The translations under genes were made by a program, and so were the position numbers. Below are positions 39,801-51,800 of a stretch of DNA of 64,000 nucleotides, in pieces; the first letter of the stretch is position 1; each line of letters starts with the position of its first letter. The stretch lies in contig NW_024704742.1 in NCBI RefSeq assembly GCF_018977255.1, positions 130,264,001 through 130,328,000 on the forward strand. The letters are read 5' to 3'. Source of the DNA: Callorhinchus milii (Eukaryota). The notes beneath the pieces are model-generated. The model saw nothing but the letters and a program-made list of their open reading frames with translations. It made no database searches and was not told the origin of the DNA.

Positions 39801-42800
39801 AAACCATTATATCCACTACCTTATATTCACAACTCTGCTGTATCCTCGGGCAAATCCAATAAATCTCTTGGCCATAATAATATGCCTTTTCTGAACCCGC
39901 ACTGGCTTGGCTATATTTTCTACAATCTAATAAACAGTTGAATTTGATTTTTTTTAAACTAAAGAGTTAAACTCAGTGAGAAAGTAAACTGGCCAGTGTG
40001 TTATTGAGCCGGAAGACCAGGAAGTAACTTCAGCTGGGCTGAGTTGTATCTTAGATAAATTATAGAAGGGACATGACAGTTGGACTGGAAGGGGTTAAAT
40101 AACCCTGGCCCAGTTTTTTCCACCAAATGTTGCGCTTAATGAACACTGGAATCTCATTCACAGGATTTCTTGATGGGACTCCACAACAAGCAATTCCTAT
40201 TGGTCCACGGGAACTTTGCTCCAAAAATAGAAGAATAACCCTTACGATCCTGACACTTGGTACTGAACAGCGCCTTTCACTTCAGGAGAGCGTCCAAAGC
40301 GCTTCACACGATTTACACAGGTCTGTGTGTTTTTTCTCGAATATGATTGTGTCAGAGTGGAACTCCCACAGATCAGTGTAAGGAACTCCAGGTCACTGGA
40401 AGGAGTCCTCTACGGCACGTCTCGGGATCTTTATTAAGAGACAGTTTTAAGAAATACCACGAATAAGACACCATCTTTGGGGGGGTGGTTAGAAAAAAGG
40501 AAGCTCTATGTTGCACCTTCACATGCCAATTATAACATGTGAGCCTTTGGTACAGAACTCGGCACCAAGGGGAGGGGCAAATTGGAGACCCCATCAGCAC
40601 AAAGTAAATTAAGCCAAAATGTCATGCCTTTGGAACAGATAATAATAATAATTATCCTTGCATTTGATAAAGCGCTTTTCACGTCTTATAGACGTCTCAA
40701 AGCGCTTCACAGAATAGACTGTAAATTGAATTGACTGTATATTTTGTGGGCGAAACGCAGCAGCCAATTGCACACAGCAGTGTCCCACAAACAGTCGTGG
40801 ATTGAAGTGATCAAATTATTATTTTTTTGTTGAGGGTTTATTATCAGGCGTGTGGAGTAAGGTAACTTGCCCAAGGTTTCTCCGTGCCGGGAATCGAACT
40901 CGGGTCTCTCACTTGCAAGGCGAGTGCTCTAACCACTGAGCTACAGGATTCTGATGTCTCCCTCCATAATGGGAGACATCGGAAAGTGGCAGCTTTTGAG
41001 AAGAACAAGAAGGGCCAGAGAAAGAGGGAGCATCTGATTTCTTTAACTCTGGAAAAGGTACAATTCCTCCAGCTCTTTTCTCTTGTGCCAAAGGTTGTTT
41101 CAGGATTCTGAACATCTGTTTTACAGTTTATACTGACGTCATGTGGAAGGTTGAGATTTATTTAAGTGTTGCCAGTGGTGGAATGTTGATGACCCCGTTT
41201 ACAATTTTCACAAACCAAGTTGCCATTTGGAGCAGTTTTGTTGAGCAATGGCCACATTGTGAAATGATAAGCCACACAATGAGGTCAAAGATTTGATAAT
41301 TCCTAATTTGATAGGATTCCTTCCTCAATAGTCTTGGCTGAAACTCCAGGACAGTATTGGTGAATCGCTGCATTGTTGGAGGTGCTGTCGTTCGGATGCA
41401 ACTTTCAAACCAAGGACTCTTCCGGTTGCTTTCCTGCTGAAGAGGACACGGCCTGCGATTGAAGGGGGATAAATCCAGAACGAATCTACACAAACACTAT
41501 TTCAGTGAGTGAATAGTGAACCTGTGGAACAGGCTCCCTAGGGAGATGGTTGAAGCAGGAAGTGTTGATTCTTTCAAACACAAATTAGATAGTTTTCTTT
41601 TAGGAAATAACATAGGTAGTTTGGGACATATGTGCATGCTACCGCCAGGAAGGTGGAAGGTGAACTAGATGGACCTTCATCTGTTTTTGTCTAGCATTTC
41701 TTATGTTCTTGTTCGTATGAATGTTCTCTTGACACCATTCAAACAATAAAAGGCAGCTTCTCCTGGTCATCAATCCTCCACATAAAAATCAAGTTGTTCA
41801 TTTCATGGCTGTTTGTGAAACTTTGCTGTATACAGAATGGTGGCTGCATTTGTTTACAACATACAGGCAATGCACTTGACAAAAATTACTGTAAATTACC
41901 TTTAGGGTATTTTTTTCCTTTTTCACTCATTAACAATCCAACCAGGGAATTTGGGAGACATTTTCTCCCATTCTGACAGATAATGACTTCCAAGATGTAA
42001 CTGGCTTCTCCTCAGACCTGCACATTACAATTTAGTATTTCTGGCAATTGTACTTGAATCATAGACCCTTCGGTCGTGTAGAATAAATGCTACCCAGGGC
42101 TATAACTTACTATGTACCATTCTTCGATGTGCTTCTCCAGGCCCGGATGTCTCCTTGTTTACAATGGGCCCTGATCACTTTCAGAACCCTGTCTTTATTT
42201 AAGCAGAAATAACACTAAATAGATTAGTAAAGAATCATACCTTTTTCCTAACTACAGATACACCCGGTTTATCAAAGCAAATTCTGTTTGTCTGAGACTT
42301 CCCATAGGTCATGAAATGCTGTTACCATTAAAGTTCCCTTGTCAATGTATGAGAGGTATTAAATGGATGGAGCACCTGGAGGGATGAGATCAGGTGGAGC
42401 TTTCTTCATCTAAGCCAGTCTTGTGACCTTGTTGGCTGATATGATAATAATAATCCTTCATTTGATACAGCTCCTTATCACGTCTTTAAACATCTCAAAA
42501 CGTCTCAGGTCTGAGGAGAAGCCAGTTACATCTTGGAAGTCATTATCTGGCAGAATGGGAGAAAATGATTCCCATTTACACTGTAAAGTGAATTGATGTA
42601 TATTTTGTGGGCGAAACGTGGCAGCCAATTGTGTCCCACAAACAGTCGTGGAATCAGTAACCAAATTATTATTATTTTATTTGTTTTTAAGGGACTATTA
42701 CCCCCGAAAATGCAATCCGCCAATTAACGAACAACTGGGTTCCTATTTACTGCTAGATAAACAGAGGCATGTGGAGTAAGGAAACTTGCCTAACGTTTCG

Positions 42801-45800
42801 CCCTGCCTGGGAATCAAATCCGGGCCCTCTCGCTAGGGAGGCGAGTGCTCTAACTAATACACTACAGGATTATCACTAGCCAATCATGGGTGAGGGGGGC
42901 TAGGGAGAGGAAGACAATGTTATACCATTTCCCTTCCCCTGTGATTTTGTGATTTACAAGGGTTTCTTTTGCTACACTGTAACATTTAAGAATAAAACCA
43001 CTCCTGGTGTATTGCCTTTCTGTAGATTCCAATGGCAGATCCCAAATTATTTTTCCTTCAGACCAGGAAGGGTATGGTTGCTTTCTGTACAGTTGTGCAA
43101 TTTTCTTATTAGATTCTGCAAACATGTTTAGCACGTGTTTGCGGTGCAGTAGGGAATGATTTCTCCCAGACGGCAGCACTTCAGGCATCTACAGCAATTT
43201 CAAACCATTTGGCTAATGATCAAATCATTATCCTGCATGCCATGGTTCAGAATTCATTTTCTTCATCAGACATGGATCTGTGAGGGTGTAGATTTACTCT
43301 ATTAGCAGCTCAGAGTCTCTGGAATTTGGGAAGTTATTGAATTCAACCTTAACTTTGAAGCCAGTTTACACTAGATCTTAGATAGGAAAATTACAGAAAA
43401 ACGGGCTTTGAAATTAAGACTTGTATTTGAGAATTTGCAAAATTCTGGAGCCTGTTAAATGGTAAAAAAATAAGAGGATATGTCAGCCCAGTTAGGCTTT
43501 CTCCCCCTGTATTCTTTATAAAACAGAACCCACAATGCCTCCATGGGCAAAGCTTGTTTGTTTAGAATGCAGTCTTGCGCAAAACAAATTGGTTCGCCAT
43601 TTGGATCATCAAGTCCCTGGCGACATCATGTCCTGCTTTTGCAAATAGGAAGCAATGTCGGCAGTGACCTGATGACCCAGGAGTCGGACATTTTTACAAT
43701 GAACAGTGAAACTGGTTGTCGGACCTTGTTTTATGGATCCCAATACAATAACCAGTTGTTAGTCGATTGGAGGATCGCTTTTCCGGGGGGATTAATTCCT
43801 TCAAACTAAGTAATAATAATTTGATCACTCAATCCATGACTGTTTATGGGACACTGTTGGGTGCAATTAATTGGCTGTCGCGTGTCACCCACAAAATATA
43901 CAGTCAATTCTCTTTACAGTATTTTCTGTGAAGCGCTTTGAGACGTCTCGAAGACGCTGTATGAAATTCGAGGATTATTATTATTGACAGAGCTCAATGT
44001 TAATCTTGAATTTTCGAATTCAAGATCCTCATCCTCACCTACAAGGCCATTCACGGCCTTGCTCCCTCCTACCTCTCCGACTTACTATTCCCCTACCTAC
44101 CTGCCCGTACCCTCCGTTCCTCTGGCTCCGGTCTGCTCCACATCCCCCGCCCCAACCGCCCTACCATCGGTGGCCGGGCCTTCAGCCTCTCAGCCCCTAG
44201 GCTCTGGAACTCTATCCCCCAGTGCCTTCGCCGCCTCCTCCCTTTCCTCCTTCAAGGCCGGTCTCAAGACCTTTCTCTTTGACCGTACCTTCAGCTCCCC
44301 CCTCGACTCTCTACCCCCTCCTCGCTCCCTCCCTTCCCTCCCCTCACCCTGACCATTTCCCCCCTGCTCGGGTCCTGACCCAACTGTACAGCGCCTTGGG
44401 ACGTCCTCCCGACGTGAAAGGCGCTCAATAAATGGAATCTTGTTGTTGTTGTTGTTGTTAATGAGGACAGTCAGTGTGTGATTTTCAACTCCTTAAGCTT
44501 GCCTGGGGAGATAGGCAGTAACACAAGCCAGTAAATCTCATGCAAGAGGAAGCATCACCAACCCTTCCACTGACCCGCAGGCAATTTTCATCTGTTGGCT
44601 GCGGGCAAACTGCGTACACAGTCAGAAACATGCTTCAAACAGCTGTTATATGCCTGCAGTGTCTTCAATTGCACAAGCATGTTCCAATCTGGCTGTACAC
44701 CACACTCCCTAAGGTAGCGGGAGTTCAACGTGACAGATGGGCATGGAGTTTCTTTCAGAAATTCAACAGACATGATACATACAGGAAGCAGATAGAGTAG
44801 CAATTTATGTTTGGACCCAAAACTTCATTCCTTCCATTTGCGCTGTTGACACTGGTACTCAGCACCTAATCAAAAATGAGCCTCATTTAATATTTTTTTA
44901 AATAAAAAATTGTAGATTAAATCACCCAACAGTATCATGTTGCTCATGAATGCCAGTCAAGCTTGTTCACACAAAGCGTTTAGCCCATTGGAAATGGGCA
45001 AATCACCCATAAGAAATGCTAGACAATAAAAGTCCAAAGTCCATCTAGTTTGCCTTCTACCTTCCTGGTGGTCGCATGAACATATGTCCCAAACTACCCA
45101 TGTACTATATCCCATAACATTATTGAAGACAGAGATTTAAATTTGTGGCCATCAGATTAGGAATCCTATAGTCCAGCACTGATCAAAGCATCATCTTTCT
45201 GCATGTGGCACCATACATTGGTGAGATAGGACATGTCATCTCCCAGATGCAAGTGTCAGTTAGAACTACATCACTGTTCAAAAAAAAGGAAGTTTCTCTC
45301 GGTGTCCTGGCCAATAAATCCTCCAAATAAAATTGGCCATTCACTTCATGGCTGTTTGTGGGATATTGTTGTGTGCAAATTGGCTGCCGCTTTTGCCCAC
45401 AAAATACAGTTACTACACTTTACAGTATGTGTTGTGAAGTGCTTTGAAATGTCTCTTGATGTGCTGCAGCAAACGCAAGAATGTTTATTATAGAAATTGG
45501 CTTTTTGTGGGACATTGCTGTGTGCAAATTGGTTGCCACGATTTCCTACAAATACACAGTCACTATACGTTACACTAAAACTCTTGTGAAGCACTTCATT
45601 ACATTTCGATAAGGTGCTTTATCAATGCGAGGATTGATATAATTAATGCCGATGACTTGTATTTAACAGGGTAAAGTTCTCCCCTGTGAAGTAGATACAT
45701 TGAGAAATAAGTTTAACAGTGCCAGTAAATGAACCTCAGCACTTACGCTCTCTTGATCTTGGCAAGGGTGGGGTTCCGATACACAGTCCCCATCGTCTGG

Positions 45801-48800
45801 CTCCACATTTTCCTTATTTTCCGTGGGAGAAGGGGAGGGGTCAGCAACTGAGAAATTCGTCACTAAATCCGGTAAACTTGTGGAAGGGCATTTCTGGAAG
45901 GGAACATCCAATTCACTCTGCGAAGAGGAGGAGAAGAAAAAAATATCACATTGTATGTCACGGTAGCTATCTATGGCAGTGGTGGTCAACAAAATAAATT
46001 TTCTTGATTGAATGTTTCTTGATTCATGGCATAAACCAATATCCAATCAAGAGAAAACTGAAAACATAATATAATTTGAACACTGTTTTACTTAGACTTG
46101 TGTGAATGTTTGGGGCGGGAAGGAGGGGTGCACACTTTTTGAGGCCACATGTGGCCTGCAGGCCACAAGTTGGTCACCACTGGTCCGTGGCCTCTACGGC
46201 GGTCACTTTTATATGATTGTGAAATGTTTTCAAGTGTGTTTTTCAGTCCCACTTGCTTCAGGTGTCTTCTCCTTGCCCCCACCTCTCAACCCTCATTGTA
46301 AAGCTATTTCCTTTGCAGCAATGTTCCCTCAGCACCAAAGCCAGGCAACCCAGCCTGCCCTCTGTTTGCCTGAAGTGCACATTGCTTGTGGTGTGTGGCT
46401 CACATGGAGTACAATGTGATGCCCTTCTAAGAGCTATCAAGCTTCACTGCACCCATTAACATGTCGTGCCTTTCATGTCGGGAGGACGTCCCAAGTGCTA
46501 TAATGTACAGCAATGATGAGATAGCAAGGAATGAAAAGGTAGGGGAAACTAATGTTAATGGGAAATGTAGGTCAATTTTGCAGTATCATAGAATCATAGA
46601 ATTATACAGCACAGAAGAAGGCCATTGTGTCTGTGCCGGCTCTTTGAAAAGAGCTACCCAAATCAATCCCATTCTCCCCTTAGCAATTTAGTATTTCTTA
46701 GCAAGTTTTCATTGAGACATCTGGGAATCCATGACACAGACCTGCAGGAACATTCAAACTCAATCGATTTTCAGAGTGGATTTACCTTGAGTCAGTTTGG
46801 GGGAGACATGGAACCATAGAAACTTACAGCACAGAAGAAGGCCATTCAGCTCATTGTGTGCTAGCTCTTTAAAGAGCAATCCTTTCAGTCTCGTTCACCT
46901 GCCCTTCCCCATATCCCTGTATCTTACCCTTTTTTAAGGTATTTATCTGGTTTCCCTTTTGAAGGCTAATATGGATTCTGCCTCAACCAATGCTCCTGGC
47001 AAGACATTTCATATCCTAACAACTCTGTGTGTGAAACAAATTCTCCTAACCTTCCCATTTGCTTGTTTGCTAATTATCTTGAATTGACGCCCTCGTCTAT
47101 TCACTCACATACGGTTACTGGAAAGAGCCCCCACTTAATGAAGAAATCCTATTAAGAAAGCCCCAAATTGGACCCTCATTCCCTCCAATCATCACAATAC
47201 TATATAGTGAGATGATCATTGATAAGGGACACCATCTGCTGATCTGCAGTGTGTGAGCAAATCTAGGGTTTAATAAAGGAGATTGTATTTCTTGGTAACA
47301 ATTTTACTACACGACATGTCATTACCATGAAATAAAACCACCATCAACAATCATTAGACCGCCCACAGTCTAGGAACATATCAAGACATGAATGAAAAGT
47401 CACTAAGAAATTTCAGAGATTTCTCTCACCACGTCCCAAAAGAACCAGCTGTTCATTTCTGGTCACACAACGGAACGTCAGTATTAGCTGTTGTCTGAAG
47501 AAAGGAATCCACAGACGGAGTGTTTTATAAAAGAAATTGAAGGGGATTGTCAGCCAGGAAATGCAGAGCTGGATCAGAAATTAATTCATGTTTTGAGCAT
47601 AAGAATTCAATCACAAAACTTTTAAGGATCATCGCAAGATCCCACTCTGGATATGTTGGAAGTCTATTTCATGGTATTACAGATAGGCTTGCTGGTTTCC
47701 GATCTCCTCCATCACCCACCCATCACCACCCACCAACCCCATCATTCTTAAATCCCACCTTAAAAACCTACTTGATCGACCGCGCCTCTTGTCACCTCCC
47801 TCACCACCCCCACTCTAACTTGCTTAGCATCTGTCTTCGCCACTGCAAAAGCGATCCGAGACATTATCCTACACAAAGGAAGCTGTATAAATGCAAGTTT
47901 CTGTTGTTGTTGTTGCTGCCGCTGCTATAGCAGAGCCTTTAAAAAAGGCTGGCTTTCGTTGCACACCTGCAGACTTTTAACACATATAATACTTTTTTTA
48001 TATACTGTTTTTTAACACATTATTGCCGAAACTTTACATTATATCTGAAGTGAAACACTTACCCTGCTGGCAACAACTAGCTGTACAAGCCCCGCTGCTG
48101 AACGAAGTAGAGAGACTGCCTCCTGGTGAGAAAGTCCAACCAGCGACTGACCATTAATCATGAGTAGCTCGTCCCCAGATTTAAGTCTTCCATCCCTGAT
48201 AGGACAAAGGAGTACAACTATTGTCATAGCGCTAGGACCTCTGCCACACAAACAGCACACAGTATGCACCATTGGAACTAAAACCATTTGGAACTAAAAG
48301 ACCCCACCTATGGTATTAATTCCACACGAATGGTTAAGCAACATTGTCTCCCCCCTCCCCCCCACCACCACATACACACACACCAACACCAGTAACTGTA
48401 ATCTTAAAGGACTAGGTACATGATTCGAACATTAAGTTATTTCCTTTCAGGGTTTTGCAGAGAAGAATTTAGAAAAAAAGTAACTCTCTTTTGCGTTCGC
48501 GGACCGCAATAACAATATTTTATCCTGATTGGCCAGTCCCCTTGCCGCACAGAGCCTGAGACCCTGGTGACCATCTCCTGACTGGCTCGGGGCCCCTGTG
48601 TGTCACCTTCTTTTCTCATCAGGCAATGTAGTTGGAAATCGTTTGTGGATAAAATCATCCCCCCGGCCGCCAGTTGGACCACACTGCTTTAAACTGACGT
48701 GCACTCTGGATACAAGTGATGGATCTTGGGACCTACTGGAACCAGAACCTACAAAACATTCTTCAACCAGCAAATGGAACAACACCTCAGCCAAATGTTA

Positions 48801-51800
48801 ACATCGTCAAAGTGATAGGATTTGTTACCACTTTGATGTATGTTCCATCGCCAATACCGACACTGGCAGCAAGGCACTTTGCGGTGTTGTTGCTACCATT
48901 ATTTTGGGCCGTGAGATTATTTTTTTGAAACCCACACAGTTGGGTAATGATCAGCCTTGTGGGACTTGGCACCAAACCTGAATCAGTTGGCAACCGTAAG
49001 CAGTGGGTGTGTATGTCGGCAGCAACAGAAGGAAGCTAGTCAAAACAAGGCTTGGGATTAGTATGAACCTTATAGGGGTGTGGTGGGCATAGTAAAGCCA
49101 GGGTTTGGAAAGAGCTAATCAGGATCGTTTTGAACTTTATAACCAAACCCATTATTTACTGCTTGGCTCCGAGTACTTTCTCTGGGTGTTGGTGCCTCTT
49201 CATTCCCATGGTTGAAGCTAAGAATCTCAGATCACTGGCTATTTGTGCTGCCTTTCGCAGGTCTCCCATTACTGCTTTCTTTACGGCTAAGAAAAGTAGA
49301 AGAGGAATCAGGGCGATCAATGTACGTTTGCTGATTGACTTGATATTTGAACTGAGAGCAATTGTCTCCGCAGATTGTTTTTAGTGACTGGAAGCCAATT
49401 CAGCAATCATCCACAGCACTTGGCTCCCAGAGGTAGGAAAAAGCGCAGTTGAAGCCACAGTTGGTTCTGGCTGTCTGCCTGCTCGGTGCAGTGAGGAATA
49501 GGGACGAGCACAGAGCACAAATCCTGAACCCAAATCAATCTAATTCGCTTCAATTAGAATTGAATCTGCAGAATCCAGATTATAGCCAAAGCAAGAGACT
49601 TCGCATCAATCTGCTCAGTGCAGGAAAATGCTGCTAATCACGTGCACAATGTGCGACTTCTTGTATTTTGCAAACACACACACTGTTTTGCTTGGGGATT
49701 TGGTGAAGGAAAGAGAGAGAGACATTGTTTCAAGAGGGCTTTTGTTAACATTTTGTCATGTCAGAGTTACGATAGTTTGTGATGGAAAAAAGGAGTTGTT
49801 CCTTTGCTGTTTTGCAATGAAAATTACATTTGGATAAAGCTACCCTTTGGTCACTTGGTTTATTCACAGGCAAGACAAGAATCCTTTGTAGAGCTCATGG
49901 CTTCGGAAACCCTGTTTACGAGCTCTAGAAGCATAGCGTGGGGCAGATTTCCAACCCTGAAAAGCACACACTACCAAAGTGTTCCTGTTATAATTCTTCC
50001 TTTGCTGTCCTTGCTAGGAGCTCCGAGGAGCAAGTCCCTGGAGAATGAAAAAGTAACTTGCTACAAGTGTTTTGCAGAGGCTGATGCTGAAACTGCCAAA
50101 ACAACAACGACAACTTGCATTTATATAGCGCCCTTCATGTAGGACAGCATCTCGGAGTGCTTAGTACAAAGCTGCCCTCTGCCAAATAGAAAAGGCAAAT
50201 GATCCGATCAGGAATAAGAACATATTAAAAGACTTGGCTATCTAAAGGAGCCAGGCACAAGCAGGAAGTGATGTGATCTTAAATCAGCTTTAAAGAGATT
50301 CATGGAACAAAGATCTACTTGTATGACTCTTCTGTAAGGTGGTTCAGCCTTGCAGGGTCAGCAGCAAATCTGTTCAGTTTCGAACCAACATGATACAAAT
50401 TTGATTCACGCATGAAGGAAGAGGGGAACAGAGGCATATGGGAGAGGGGCTAGGAGTGGGTGGGCTCCTGTAGAACACAAACATCGACGTGGACTAACTA
50501 GGCTGAACGGAGGGTGGAATGTATTCCTTAACCCATTCCCTATGTTAATTAACCCAAGGGCCAGGTTAAGGAATATTGCAAACCTTACCTAATTAATCAC
50601 TTAACAATGTCAGAACTTTAGTGCAAAAAAAGTATCGTCACTTCACTAGCTCCTGTTTCTCTTTCCTGGATTTTGAATGAGAAATGTGGCAAATAATAAT
50701 AATAATCCTTGCATTTGATATAGCGCCCTATCAGGTCTTCAAGACATCTCAAAGTGCTTTACAGAATATACTGTATTCTGACAAAAGGTCATAGACCTGA
50801 AACATTAACTCATTTTCCTCTCTCTATGGATGCTGCATGTTCCCAGCGACTTCTGTGTTTATACCAGATTTACAGCATCTGCAGTACTTTGCCTTTTGTT
50901 TGGGACGTCCTCTCGACCTGAAAGGCGCTATACAAATGTAATCTTGTTGTTGCTGTTGTTGTTTTGTTTGACTGTATGTATTTCACAGTGGGTGAAATGT
51001 GGCAGCCAATTGCACACAGCAGTGTCCCACAAACAGTCGTGCATTGAGTGACCAAATTATTATTATTTATTTTTTGAAGGGATTATTACCCCCGGAAAGC
51101 GACCCCCCCAATCGACTAACAACCCGGTTCCTGCTTACTGCTAGGTAAACAGAGGGGTGTGGAGTAAGGAAACTTGCGTAAGGTTTAACACGAATAACAC
51201 AGTGGACTCACATTGCACCCAGTGAAAGGTATCAGCCAGCTAATGTGTATGTATTTACCTGTGCGCTGAGCCTCCTTCCTCCACGTGTGTAACAATGATG
51301 CCGTGCGGTGAACGCTTGGATCCACGGCCTCCTGTGATCTGGATCCCAAGCCCATCCGCACCCTTCACCATGTGCATCTTCCATATTTGGCAACCTTCCT
51401 GCTGGAGGAGGGGAAAATGAGCAAGGTCAGAGCAGGTGACAAAGGAAAATACTAAAGGATTTTATTAATGTGTAAGTGGGTGTCAGGGCAAAAGGGAAAT
51501 TGAGGGGTATCCTCACCCACACCAAACTCTGTACTTTAATCACCCCAGTTCTTGCCAGGCTCCACTGCCTGTCTGTTGCAGAACAGATCAATTTCAAGAT
51601 CCTCACACTCACTTCCTTGTTAATTCATGCCCTCATACCTCCCTATCCCTCAAACCTGATCACACCCCAATCCTCGATTCGCCCCTTTGCTCAGCCAGCT
51701 CGGGCCTTCTACACGTCCCTTGTACCCCTCTGCTCCATTGGCTTTCAGCATTTTGCCCAGAAACTCTGCAACTCCCTACATCAATCAGTCCATTTTGCCC

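Noticed and set aside
41959..42567. 62-bp inverted repeats read as TIRs of a 600-bp MITE
   Set aside because: One arm sits inside a colinear SINE that extends on both sides, and I see no target-site duplication
48603..48794. Minus-strand ORF ending at a phase-2 GT (AG|gtgaca) compatible with the 48195 acceptor
   Set aside because: No in-frame ATG, a weak donor, no recognisable homology, and inclusion would split a PDZ domain
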